Origin: Candidatus Spyradocola sp.
GTDB lineage: Bacteria; Bacillota; Clostridia; Christensenellales; UBA1750
Assembly (NCBI GenBank): GCA_034113365.1
Contig: JAXEXP010000174.1
Location: 1-62,022, forward strand
Direction of reading: 5' to 3'
DNA length: 62,022 nucleotides
Program-made: the position numbers and the translations under genes
The notes under the pieces: generated by a model
Seen by the model: the letters and a program-made list of their open reading frames with translations, nothing else
Told to the model about the DNA's origin: nothing
Database searches by the model: none
In this document: piece after piece, positions 18,386-27,108 of the stretch
How positions within the stretch are numbered: the first letter of the stretch is position 1
Layout of the letters: every line of letters starts with the position of its first letter

Positions 18386-19750
18386 ATGGCGGAGGAAAGG
18401 CGAAGCGGCTTCAGCGGGCAGCTGGGGTTTGTGCTGTCGGCGGCGGGCAGCGCGGTGGGGCTGGGGAACCTGTGGCGGTTCCCCTACCTGGCGGCGCGCA
18501 ACGGCGGCGGGCTGTTTCTCGTGGTGTACGCGGTGCTGGTGGCGACGTTCGGGTTTGCGCTGCTGGCGACGGACATCGCGGTGGGGCGGCGGACGCAGTG
18601 CAGCGCGCTGCGGGCGTTTGGAAAGATCCGGCGGGGCTGGGGATTCCTGGGCGGCATGAGCCTGGCGGCGACGGGGCTGGTGCTGTGCACGTATATCGTC
18701 ATCGGCGGGTGGATCCTGAAGTACGCGGCGGCGTACCTGCTGGGCGACGGGGCTGCGGCGGCGCAGGAGGGGTATTTTGAGGCCTTCCGCGCGGCGGGCT
18801 GGGAGCCGGTGGGGTGGATGCTGCTGTATCTGGCGCTGACGCTGGGCATCGTGTCGCTGGGCGTGGAAAAGGGCGTGGAGCGCTTCTCCAAGTGCGTGAT
18901 GCCGGGGCTGCTGGCGCTGACGGCGGTGATCGCAGGGGTGGCGCTCAGCCTGCGGCACACGGACGCGCAGGGCGTGACGCGCACGGGGCTGGAGGGGCTG
19001 AAATACTATCTGACGCCGCGGCTGGAAGGCGTGACGGCGGGCGGGTTCGTGCGCATCCTGCTGGACGCGATGAGCCAGCTGTTCTATTCGCTGAGCGTGT
19101 CCATGGGCGTGATGGTGACCTACGGGTCGTATGTCAAAAAAGAGGTGGATCTGGGGCGCGCGGTGGGGCAGATCGAGCTGTTTGACACGGCAGTGGCGCT
19201 GCTGGCGGGGCTGATGGTGGTGCCCGCGGTGTACGCGCTGGGCGGCGCGGAGGCCATGGCGCAGGGGCCGGGGCTGATGTTCGGCTCGCTGCCGCAGGTG
19301 TTCAGCGCGATGGGCGGGCTGGGCAACGCGGTGGGCGCGGCGTTTTTCATACTGGCGGCGCTGGCCGCGCTGACCTCGAGCGTGTCCATGCTGGAGGCGC
19401 TGACGGCGGGGTGCACGGAGCGGCTGGGCATGGGGCGCGGGCGGGCCAACCTGCTGGCGGCGGGGCTTGCGGCGGTGGGCGGCGCGCTGGTGTGCCTGGA
19501 TTTCGGTGCATCGGGCGGGAAACTGCTGGACGGGCTGGACTGGCTCTCCACCCAGCTTCTGCTGCCCGTGACCTCGCTGCTGACCTGCGTGCTCATCGGC
19601 TGGGTGGCGGGGCCGCAGGTGGTGGTGGAGGAGATGGAGGCGGGCGGCCGCGCCTTCCCGCGCAGGCGGCTGTACGCGGTGATGGTGCGCTTTGTCGCGC
19701 CGGCGGTGCTGGTGATGCTGCTGCTCGCGGCGCTGGGCGTGATGGGGTGA
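18386..19750 (+). CDS. Sodium-dependent transporter (NSS/SNF family)
   Basis: GFVLSAAGSAVGLGNLWRFPY..ARNGGG.F, QLFYSLS, TYGSY. Confidence 0.95.
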   Translation: MAEERRSGFSGQLGFVLSAAGSAVGLGNLWRFPYLAARNGGGLFLVVYAVLVATFGFALLATDIAVGRRTQCSALRAFGKIRRGWGFLGGMSLAATGLVLCTYIVIGGWILKYAAAYLLGDGAAAAQEGYFEAFRAAGWEPVGWMLLYLALTLGIVSLGVEKGVERFSKCVMPGLLALTAVIAGVALSLRHTDAQGVTRTGLEGLKYYLTPRLEGVTAGGFVRILLDAMSQLFYSLSVSMGVMVTYGSYVKKEVDLGRAVGQIELFDTAVALLAGLMVVPAVYALGGAEAMAQGPGLMFGSLPQVFSAMGGLGNAVGAAFFILAALAALTSSVSMLEALTAGCTERLGMGRGRANLLAAGLAAVGGALVCLDFGASGGKLLDGLDWLSTQLLLPVTSLLTCVLIGWVAGPQVVVEEMEAGGRAFPRRRLYAVMVRFVAPAVLVMLLLAALGVMG

Positions 19751-19756
19751 AGAAAA

Positions 19757-19790
19757 CCCCCGTTTGCTCCGGCTTTGGAGGAAACGGGGG
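19757..19790. terminator. Hairpin terminator between convergent genes
   Basis: CCCCCGTTTGCTCC / GGAGGAAACGGGGG. Confidence 0.65.
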
Positions 19791-19796
19791 CGATTT

Positions 19797-20318
19797 CTAT
19801 CTGGAGATGGGCAGTTCGCTGCGCAGCACGACGCGGTAGGCGGGGTGGTAGGCGGCGCGGTAGGCCTCGCTGTGGGAGACCATGGGATAGCCCTGCGCGG
19901 CATACGCGTCCAGATAGTCCGCAAGGTCGCGGGGAGAGAAGGCGAAGCCCAGCGCGGGGAGGTTTTCCCGCAGGAGGGTCAGCTTAGGCAGGAAGCCTTC
20001 GAGGCTGCCGGTGTGCAGCTGCGCGGAGCGCACAAAGGCGTCGTTGAGCTGCCCGGGCGTCAGGCGGGACAGGCAGGTCAGGTGCGCGCGGACGAGGCCG
20101 CCGCCGATGTCCTCAAAGTCCGGGCTGAGGGGGCAGGGCGCAAAGGCTGCGGCTTCCTCGCGGATGCGGGCGAGGCTGCGTTCGGGGTCTGCGATCAGGT
20201 GGCCGCCGCCGAACTCGTTCTGGTAGAGCAGCTTGACGGCGTCGCAGGGCTGCATCAGCGGATAGCGGGCGGCGTGGGCGCGCAGTATGGCGAGCAGCTC
20301 GTCCATATCAGCGCTCAT
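19797..20318 (-). CDS. Conserved hypothetical protein
   Basis: Protein-like ORF (YP.MQP.D.VKL.YQ.EFG.GH; HSE.YR.AY.PAYRVV) overlapping the stop of the upstream ECF gene. Confidence 0.75.
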   Translation of the reverse strand: MSADMDELLAILRAHAARYPLMQPCDAVKLLYQNEFGGGHLIADPERSLARIREEAAAFAPCPLSPDFEDIGGGLVRAHLTCLSRLTPGQLNDAFVRSAQLHTGSLEGFLPKLTLLRENLPALGFAFSPRDLADYLDAYAAQGYPMVSHSEAYRAAYHPAYRVVLRSELPISR

Positions 20319-20844
20319 TGAGGGTCAGCTTGGCCTTGCGCAGCGCCAGCACGATGACGGGGATGAGCACGATGTGCAGTATGATGCCGGGGATGGCGTT
20401 GGTAAAGGCGCCCGCTGCGAAGGCGGTGAAGGAGAACGTGGTGTCGGAGATACCCGTCAGCGCGAACATCACCAGCCCCCAGACTACGCGGCCGCCCAGC
20501 ATGGACAGCAGCAGCGCGACGTAGGTGTAGAGCGGCTTTTTGGGCAGCTTGGCGTAGAGGACGCCGGAGAGCGCGCCGTATGCGGCCAGCTCAAAGGCCA
20601 TGGCGGTGGCGGTGGGGAACAGCGGCGGCATGCCGAAGGCGACGGAGCGCAGCAGCGGCGCGATGAAGCCCACTGCGAGGCCCCACGGCCAGCCGCACAG
20701 GAAGCCGCACAGCAGCACCGGGATGTGCATGGGGCAGAGCATCTGGCCGATCTGGGGGATCTGAGCGGTGAGGAAGGGCAGCACCAGCGCGAGGGCCAGG
20801 CAGATGGCGGAGTAGACGAGCTGTTTGGTGGTAAGAGATCTCAT
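20308..20844 (-). CDS. ECF transporter S component
   Basis: Six-TM pattern with PMHIPVLLCGFLCG...G...G.IAP.L; GAAAGGTG RBS before MRSLTT. Confidence 0.88.
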   Translation of the reverse strand: MRSLTTKQLVYSAICLALALVLPFLTAQIPQIGQMLCPMHIPVLLCGFLCGWPWGLAVGFIAPLLRSVAFGMPPLFPTATAMAFELAAYGALSGVLYAKLPKKPLYTYVALLLSMLGGRVVWGLVMFALTGISDTTFSFTAFAAGAFTNAIPGIILHIVLIPVIVLALRKAKLTLNER

Positions 20845-20867
20845 ATTGGGCACCTTTCTGCGGGACA

Positions 20868-21032
20868 CATAAAAAACGCCGCCCTTTCGTGCAGAAAAGA
20901 CGACGCCTTCATGGCATCCCGAATTCATAAATATTGTGATGGAAAATGCATCCTGTGGAACGTTCGGTTCCGCGCGGGCGCTTCATGCGCGCCGACGGGG
21001 TACAGTATAGCGGAAAATGGCGGATCCGTCAA
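20868..21032 (-). promoter_or_regulatory. SigmaA promoter plus about 155-nt attenuator leader with a premature terminator
   Basis: Minus strand: TTGACG-17-TATACT; two AUGAA-loop hairpins; terminator GGCGTCGTCTTTTC..GAAAGGGCGGCG-TTTTTT ahead of the RBS. Confidence 0.7.
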
Positions 21033-21580
21033 GCGGGGGAGCGGGTTTGCCCTGAAATATCGATCCAATAGCGCTGGATGGCGCCCCCGCTGCACAGGCC
21101 GACGGTGTCCGGGACTTCATTTTCGAGTACGCCGCCGTTTCTGAGTATGGTGCGGCGGGAGGCGGCGTTCGCCTTGGCGCAGGTGATCAGCACGCGCGTC
21201 TCGCCGTACGCGGCGCAGATGGACAGCATCTGCCGCAGCATTTCGGAGGCATAGCCCTTGCGGCGCTCGGAGGGGCGCACGTTGTAGCCGATATTGCCGC
21301 CGTATTGGAGCAGAAATGGCGTGAGCGGATGCCGGAAATCGATGATGCCCACGAGATGATCGTCCCGGGGACGGATGGCGAGGAATACCTCCGAGGGCAC
21401 ATAGCCGTCGCCGTATTTGGCGCGCAGGCGATGCGGAAAGTCGAGCCATTCCGAGTAGGAGCGGACGTCCTCAAGGCCGGCACAGCCGTCAAAGGGCTCG
21501 CCGCAGGCGGTCAGCTCGGCCTTGTACTGCAGGACCTGCTCGGCATGGGAGGGGGTGGGGCGGATCAGATGAAGGAGCAT
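21029..21580 (-). CDS. GNAT family N-acetyltransferase
   Basis: GGNIGYNVRPSERRKGYA..ML, N.ASRR.I..NGG. Confidence 0.9.
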   Translation of the reverse strand: MLLHLIRPTPSHAEQVLQYKAELTACGEPFDGCAGLEDVRSYSEWLDFPHRLRAKYGDGYVPSEVFLAIRPRDDHLVGIIDFRHPLTPFLLQYGGNIGYNVRPSERRKGYASEMLRQMLSICAAYGETRVLITCAKANAASRRTILRNGGVLENEVPDTVGLCSGGAIQRYWIDISGQTRSPA

Positions 21581-21598
21581 AGGAGTCCTCCGGCAGGG

Positions 21599-22018
21599 TC
21601 AGGTGGCGGGGGAGGACGCGAGGGCGGTGATCTTGGCCATGGCGTCCTGCAGGAGGCTGGCGGTGGTGTCGTCGGTGACGCCGGCGACGAGGGTCTCGCA
21701 GCGGTTGACGGGGATGAGCACGCGGGCGGCGCGGCTCTGGCCCACGGCCACGGCCATGGCGGGGGTGACCTCACCCAGCAGCGCGTCGGCGATGACGATG
21801 CCGATGGGGCCGGCGATCACGTCGGCCCTGCGGCAGGCGACGATGACGGCGTTTTCGCCCGTGGCGGCGCTGCGGGCGCCCGCCTTGAGCATGTTGGATG
21901 TGGCGATGCTGTTGGTGCCCACGGCGATGAGCTCGGCGCCGGGCAGCCTTTCGGTGATCTCACGGACCAGCGCGCGGCCGATGTTGCCGCCCTGGCCGTC
22001 GATGACGAGTATGGTCAC
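21599..22018 (-). CDS. DUF3842 family protein
   Basis: ILVIDGQGG.IG, AVGTNS.AT..MLKAGA...ATGENA; GTG start with AGGAGG RBS. Confidence 0.8.
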   Translation of the reverse strand: MTILVIDGQGGNIGRALVREITERLPGAELIAVGTNSIATSNMLKAGARSAATGENAVIVACRRADVIAGPIGIVIADALLGEVTPAMAVAVGQSRAARVLIPVNRCETLVAGVTDDTTASLLQDAMAKITALASSPAT

Positions 22019-22090
22019 GATGGCGTTCCTCCTGATGGGTATTGTGCTCCCATTATAGCAGGTTTTGCGCACGGCCGCCACAGAAGATGC

Positions 22091-22138
22091 AAAAAAGAAA
22101 GGAGCCCGCCGCACTGCCAAGCGCAGTGCGGGAGCTCC
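22091..22138 (-). terminator. Intrinsic terminator after the small-ORF pair
   Basis: GGAGCTCCCGCACTGC..GCAGTGCGGCGGGCTCC-TTTCTTTTTT on the minus strand. Confidence 0.7.
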
Positions 22139-22145
22139 GGTCGGG

Positions 22146-22253
22146 TCACAGGTCGTCGGCGTCCTGCACGGGCTCCTCGCCCACCAGGGGCAGGCCCGTC
22201 CAGGAACCCAGCGGGTCGGTCAGGCTGGGCTGTGTGGCCAGCCCGTCCAGCAC
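22146..22253 (-). CDS. Small acidic hypothetical protein (..TDPLGSWTG.P..EEPVQDADDL), 35 aa; start uncertain
   Basis: Genome-typical codon usage; followed by a terminator; in frame with the upstream N/Q-rich ORF. Confidence 0.55.
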   Translation of the reverse strand: MLDGLATQPSLTDPLGSWTGLPLVGEEPVQDADDL

Positions 22254-22274
22254 TTCGGCCGTGGAGTCTTCCCT

Positions 22275-22385
22275 TCAGTCGCAGTTCTTGCCGCTGTTCT
22301 GGTTCTTGTTCTGATTCTGGTTGTTCTGGTTGGAGTTCTGGTTCTTATTCTGGTTCTGGTTTTTGTTCTGATTCTTGTTCTGCAT
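22275..22385 (-). CDS. 36-aa Asn/Gln-rich peptide MQNKNQNKNQNQNKNQNSNQNNQNQNKNQNSGKNCD (putative spore protein)
   Basis: GAGGTG RBS; synonymous codon variation (AAC/AAT, AAG/AAA) within the repeat; sigmaG-type promoter upstream. Confidence 0.65.
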   Translation of the reverse strand: MQNKNQNKNQNQNKNQNSNQNNQNQNKNQNSGKNCD

Positions 22386-22404
22386 GCTTTCTCACCTCGG
22401 CACT

Positions 22405-22433
22405 TAGTATGTCCGGAGGGAGAGCGGATATGC
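22405..22433 (-). promoter_or_regulatory. SigmaG-type forespore promoter
   Basis: GCATA-17 bp-CATACTA on the minus strand. Confidence 0.65.
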
Positions 22434-22452
22434 AGCGGTTTTTTTTGAAAAA

Positions 22453-23451
22453 TTACGGCTCGAGGGGTTCGCCGTCGCCTTCCTCGCCGCCGGCGGCGTC
22501 GGAGGGCTCAGAGGGCTCAGCGGGCTGTGCGTCCTCGGGAATGTCGCCAGGAATGCTCAGCTGCTGAGCGTAGAGCACAGTGCGGCTCTCGTCGAGGAAC
22601 ACCACGGGCTTGCCCAGGTCGATGTCCGCGCGCTCGCACAGCACGGCGGCGGGCAGGAGCTCCTCGCCCTCGGCGGGGACCGTATAGCTGACGGTGACCA
22701 GCACATAGTAATCGCTGTGCACGATGGAGGTGATGGCGGCCTGGCGGGTATCTGCGACGTCGGGCGCGGCCACGACCAGCACCTTGTTCTGCGGCAGCTC
22801 GCTCTTTTCGTGGTAGCCGAACGCGTAGTACAGCGCGCCGTCGCTCTCGCGCAGGTAGGTCGCGGGCTCAAAGGCGATGTCCTGCGCCACCTGGTCGAAC
22901 AGCGTGGCGTCGATGGAGGCGCGCAGCTCGGCGTCATCCGGCGGGAAGGCGGTTTCGGGCTCGGCGATGGGCTCCACAGGCTCTGGCTCGGGCAGCGACT
23001 CCTCCCAGGCGGTGAGCAGGTCGGCCAGGCCCTGCGCCTGGAAGCTCAGGTACACGCGCACGTTGCGGTCGTCCACCTTGCGGTTGATGGGCACGTTGAT
23101 GAGGTTCTGATAGTCGTCGTAATACAGCGTCATGGTGCCGCCGGAGGTGGTCAGATAGATCTCGTGCGAGGCGTTGAGCTCGGGCGAGTAGCTGTCGGTG
23201 ATCTCGACGGTGACGGGATCCGCGGCATAGAGCAGGTCGCACAGCTGCGTGCACTCGGAGGTCACGGCCTCATAGCTCAGCTGGGGGATGTTGTCGCCCA
23301 GACCCTTGCCCAGGTAGCTGACCGACGCCTTGATGACGTTGGCGCGGGGCAGTATGGTCTCCAGTGTGGTCGCCTTGGGCGCGCAGCCGCTCAGCGCACC
23401 AAGCAGCAGGGCAAACGTCAACAGATATATCAAAAGCCTTTGTTTTTTCAT
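22453..23451 (-). CDS. Hypothetical lipoprotein
   Basis: MKKQRLLIYLLTFALLLGALSG-C lipobox; acidic Pro/Glu linkers. Alternative start at 23460. Confidence 0.75.
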   Translation of the reverse strand: MKKQRLLIYLLTFALLLGALSGCAPKATTLETILPRANVIKASVSYLGKGLGDNIPQLSYEAVTSECTQLCDLLYAADPVTVEITDSYSPELNASHEIYLTTSGGTMTLYYDDYQNLINVPINRKVDDRNVRVYLSFQAQGLADLLTAWEESLPEPEPVEPIAEPETAFPPDDAELRASIDATLFDQVAQDIAFEPATYLRESDGALYYAFGYHEKSELPQNKVLVVAAPDVADTRQAAITSIVHSDYYVLVTVSYTVPAEGEELLPAAVLCERADIDLGKPVVFLDESRTVLYAQQLSIPGDIPEDAQPAEPSEPSDAAGGEEGDGEPLEP

Positions 23452-23580
23452 TTTCCCCATCCTTTTGTCGTTTTCGGCCCGCGAATGGAGCCAGTCGATC
23501 TACCTTATTATACATGCTGCGCGTCTGTTTTGCAACGGCGGCGCGCAGAGACGGCACAGAAAAATATTGCGTTTCAATGG

Positions 23581-23610
23581 GTATGCGCGCGGCGCAGTCG
23601 GGCCACAATA
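23581..23610 (+). promoter_or_regulatory. SigmaF/sigmaG-type promoter
   Basis: GTATG-15 bp-GGCCACAATA ahead of the sporulation lipoprotein gene. Confidence 0.55.
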
Positions 23611-23632
23611 AGCGCGAAGGAGGCGAAAACCT

Positions 23633-24205
23633 TTGAAGCAGAAAATCCGAATGATGATCCTGTTGACACTGGTGGCCGCGGCGCTGGCGGGCTGCGCCTG
23701 CAACGGCGTGACGACGACGCCCTCGCCGCAGCCCAGCGCCATGACCGCCTCGCCCATGCCCTCGCCGATGGAGAGCGCCATGCCCTCGCCCGAGGGAACG
23801 GCGGGCAATGAGAACATGCCCTCGACCTCGCCTGAGAACAGCGGCGCGCCCGGCATGATGGGCGTGGATACCGAGCGGCTCATCACCGAGCTGGAAAAGC
23901 TGAGCGAGGTGGACACCGCGGAGGTGGTGGCCGAGGGCAACCGCGCCATCGTGGGACTGAACTTTGACGCGCAGTACCAGGGCACGCTGACCGAGCGCAT
24001 CGAGGAGATGGTGGTGGAAGCCATCGCGCGCGTGGAGAGCGCCCTGACCGACGTGGCCGTCACCGCAGACCCTACGCTGGTGACCGAGATCAGAACGCTG
24101 GCCCAGGAGACGAAGGGTCAGACGCTGACCGAGGAGCAGAAAACCACGTTCGACGAGCTGTACCGCAAGATCAAGCCCGGGGATACGCAGGGGAATGTCT
24201 CCTAA
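23633..24205 (+). CDS. YhcN/YlaJ family sporulation lipoprotein
   Basis: LAG-C lipobox; EV..A.VV..GN.AIVG and V.VTADP motifs; AAGGAGG RBS with TTG start. Confidence 0.75.
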   Translation: MKQKIRMMILLTLVAAALAGCACNGVTTTPSPQPSAMTASPMPSPMESAMPSPEGTAGNENMPSTSPENSGAPGMMGVDTERLITELEKLSEVDTAEVVAEGNRAIVGLNFDAQYQGTLTERIEEMVVEAIARVESALTDVAVTADPTLVTEIRTLAQETKGQTLTEEQKTTFDELYRKIKPGDTQGNVS

Positions 24206-24218
24206 AACGGGAGAGACG

Positions 24219-24256
24219 AAGGACCTTCGCCGAGAAATGTGCGGCGAGGGTCTTTT
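24219..24256 (+). terminator. Intrinsic terminator
   Basis: AAGGACCTTCGCCG..CGGCGAGGGTCTTTT. Confidence 0.65.
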
Positions 24257-24483
24257 GTGCTTTTGGCATGCGGAAACGTCTGCTTTGGCGATGGGTAAGC
24301 ATGGATGCTGCCTTGCTGCCGGATCAGGAGGAGGTTTTGAGTGGGGCACGGTGCTGAATTTGTGAATTTATTGCGTCAGGGCCGGGGATTGATTGACGGC
24401 GGAAGGTTTGCGCTTTATAATGATGGCATCCCCCGTGTATGGGGCGGCGTACAAAAAATCTGCTGATTTAGGAGGGCACAGTC

Positions 24484-25530
24484 ATGTTCTGTCCCAATCC
24501 CGTTGCGTTCACCGTGTTCGGGCACGACATCTACTGGTACGGCATACTCATCTCGCTGGCGGTGGTCATTGCGGTGGCGATGGTCTACATGCAGGCCAAG
24601 AAGAAGGGCATCGACCCCGACAGCATGCTGGACTACGCGCTGCTGACCATCCCCACGGCCATCGTGTTTGCGCGCATCTACTATGTGATCTTTGAGTGGG
24701 AGCAGTACGCGGACAATCCCATCAGCGTGCTGTACATCTGGAACGGCGGCATCGCCATCTACGGCTCCATCATCGGCGGCGTGATCGCGACGCTGATCTT
24801 CTCCAAGTGGAAAAAGATCAGCTTCTGGACGCTGGCCGATCTGGTCGCGCCCGGGCTGGTGCTGGGGCAGGCCATCGGCCGGTGGGGCAACTTCTTCAAC
24901 CAGGAGGCCTACGGCCCGCTGGTGACCGAGGCGTCCAAGCAGTTCTTCCCCTACGCGGTGTACATCGAGCGTCTGGGCGAGTGGCACATGGCGACGTTCT
25001 TCTATGAGTCCGTGGTGTGCCTTGCGATCTTCATCTTCCTGCTGATCTACCGCGCCAAGGCGAAAAAGGCGCCCGACGGCAACCTGTTTTTGTGGTACTG
25101 GGTGCTCTACGGCATCGAGCGGTTCTTCGTCGAGGGCCTGCGCCAGGACAGCCTGTGGATGTTCAAGGGCGGTCTGCCCATCGGCAACCTGATCTTCTTC
25201 CCCAACGGGCTGCGCGTGTCGCAGGTGCTCAGCCTGGTGATGGTCATTGCGTTCTCCATCGTGCTGCTGGTGCGGTTCGTCAAGCGCCGCAAGGCGGCAG
25301 CGGCACAGCCCGCCGAGCTCGACCCCGAGCTGGTGCTGGTCGGCGACGCGCAGGCGGACGCCGCGGATGAGACAGGCGCTGCGGACGCGGAAAATGCTGC
25401 GGAGGAAGAGGCGGCGGAGACTGCGGAACCCGCGCAGGAGCCGGAGCAGGCGGAGCAAGCGCCTGAAGAGGACGGCGGCGACGCAATCGAGCCCGACGAG
25501 GACAAAAAAGAGGACGGGGATCAGAACTGA
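24484..25530 (+). CDS. lgt: Prolipoprotein diacylglyceryl transferase with an acidic C-terminal tail
   Basis: IYWYG, ARIYYV, GGIAIYG, GQAIGRWGNFFNQEAYG, TFFYES, RFFVEGLR. Confidence 0.95.
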   Translation: MFCPNPVAFTVFGHDIYWYGILISLAVVIAVAMVYMQAKKKGIDPDSMLDYALLTIPTAIVFARIYYVIFEWEQYADNPISVLYIWNGGIAIYGSIIGGVIATLIFSKWKKISFWTLADLVAPGLVLGQAIGRWGNFFNQEAYGPLVTEASKQFFPYAVYIERLGEWHMATFFYESVVCLAIFIFLLIYRAKAKKAPDGNLFLWYWVLYGIERFFVEGLRQDSLWMFKGGLPIGNLIFFPNGLRVSQVLSLVMVIAFSIVLLVRFVKRRKAAAAQPAELDPELVLVGDAQADAADETGAADAENAAEEEAAETAEPAQEPEQAEQAPEEDGGDAIEPDEDKKEDGDQN

Positions 25531-25568
25531 CGCCTGGGAAAAGACCGGACGAAGAAGGGGCGGCACAC

Positions 25569-27023
25569 ATGCGCAATCTATCCATGCTCACGGACCTTTA
25601 CCAGATGACCATGATGAACGGCTACATCAAGGCGGGCACGCGCGACCGCATCGCGGTGTTCGACGTGTTCTACCGGCAGAACCCGGGCGGGGCGGCCTTT
25701 GCGGTGGCCGCGGGCCTGGAGCAGGTCATCGACTACATTGAAAACCTTCACTTCGACGAGAGCGACATCGAATATCTGCGGAGCCTGAACCTGTTTGACG
25801 AGAAGTTCTTTGAGTACCTCAAGGACTTCCGCTTCACAGGCGAGCTGTACGCGGTGCCTGAGGGCACGGTGGTGTTCCCCTACGAGCCGCTGATCCGCGT
25901 CAAGGCGCCCATCTTCGAGGCGCAGCTGATCGAGACGGCGATGCTCAACATCATCAACCACCAGACGCTGATCGCGTCCAAGGCGGCGCGCGTGTGCCAG
26001 GCGGCGCAGGGCGATCTGGTGATGGAATTCGGGCTGCGCAGGGCGCAGGGGCCGGACGCGGGGCTGTACGGCGCGCGCGCGGCGCTGATCGCGGGCTGCG
26101 GCTCGACGAGCAACGTGCTGGCGGGCAAGCTGTTTGATGTGCCGGTGGCGGGCACCCACGCGCACAGCTGGGTGATGTCCTTCCCGGACGAGCTGACGGC
26201 CTTCCGCGCGTATGCGGACGCGTACCCGGACGCGTGCCTGCTGCTGGTGGACACCTACGACACGCTGGGCAGCGGTATGCCCAACGCCATCCAGGTGTTC
26301 CGCGAGCTGCGGGAAAAGGGCCACGAGCCGCTGGGCATCCGTCTGGACAGCGGCGACCTTGCGTATCTGTCGCGGCAGTGCCGGCGCATGATGGACGAGG
26401 CGGGCTTCCCCAACGCCAAGGTGTGCGCGTCGGGCGACCTGGACGAGAACGTGATCTGGGACCTGAAGCAGCAGGGCGCGTGCATCGACTCCTGGGGCGT
26501 GGGCACCAAGCTCATCACCTCGGACGACTGCCCCGCGCTGGGCGGCGTGTACAAGATGAGCGCTGAGGTGATCGACGGGCAGGTGGTGCCCAAGATCAAG
26601 GTGTCGGAGAACCCGGCAAAGGTCACCAACCCCGGCATCAAGAAGGTGCAGCGCATCTACAACAAAGAGGGCATGGCGATGGCGGACATCATCATGCTGG
26701 AGCACGAGGTCATCGACGCGAGCAAGCCGCTGACCATCTTCCACCCGGTGGACACTTGGAAGCGGCAGACCTACACCGACTACACGCTGCGCGACCTGCT
26801 GGTGCCGGTGTTCGTGGACGGCAAGTGCGTCTACGAAAAGCCCACGCTCAAGGAGATCCGCGCGTACCACAAAAAGGAGATCGCGTCGCTGTGGGAGCAG
26901 TACCGCAGGCGGCTCAACCCGCATGTGTACAAGGTGGACCTGTCCTACGAGCTGTACGCGCTGCGGCACAGGCTGCTTAGCCAGGCGCGCACCGAGGCGG
27001 GCGACCTGCCGCCGATGCAGTAA
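25569..27023 (+). CDS. pncB: Nicotinate phosphoribosyltransferase
   Basis: LTDLYQMTM, EFGLRRAQG, GTHAHSWV, LVDTYDT, IRLDSGDL, GGVYK. Confidence 0.95.
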   Translation: MRNLSMLTDLYQMTMMNGYIKAGTRDRIAVFDVFYRQNPGGAAFAVAAGLEQVIDYIENLHFDESDIEYLRSLNLFDEKFFEYLKDFRFTGELYAVPEGTVVFPYEPLIRVKAPIFEAQLIETAMLNIINHQTLIASKAARVCQAAQGDLVMEFGLRRAQGPDAGLYGARAALIAGCGSTSNVLAGKLFDVPVAGTHAHSWVMSFPDELTAFRAYADAYPDACLLLVDTYDTLGSGMPNAIQVFRELREKGHEPLGIRLDSGDLAYLSRQCRRMMDEAGFPNAKVCASGDLDENVIWDLKQQGACIDSWGVGTKLITSDDCPALGGVYKMSAEVIDGQVVPKIKVSENPAKVTNPGIKKVQRIYNKEGMAMADIIMLEHEVIDASKPLTIFHPVDTWKRQTYTDYTLRDLLVPVFVDGKCVYEKPTLKEIRAYHKKEIASLWEQYRRRLNPHVYKVDLSYELYALRHRLLSQARTEAGDLPPMQ

Positions 27024-27108
27024 ATGCCCCTCCCCATGGGGCGAAAAAAGGTGTATAATAGAGGACGACCGTGGAGTCGTTCTCTTTTTACATTTCCGGA
27101 GGTGCGCT

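Noticed and set aside
22275..22277. Internal TGA as selenocysteine
   Set aside because: No redox motif context or recognisable SECIS, and no sel genes in the window; kept only as a generic readthrough or nonsense hypothesis.
22278..22382. GTTCTG-like tandem repeat as a non-coding microsatellite or contingency locus
   Set aside because: Variation is synonymous in one reading frame and there is an RBS and promoter, so it is treated as a coding N/Q peptide.
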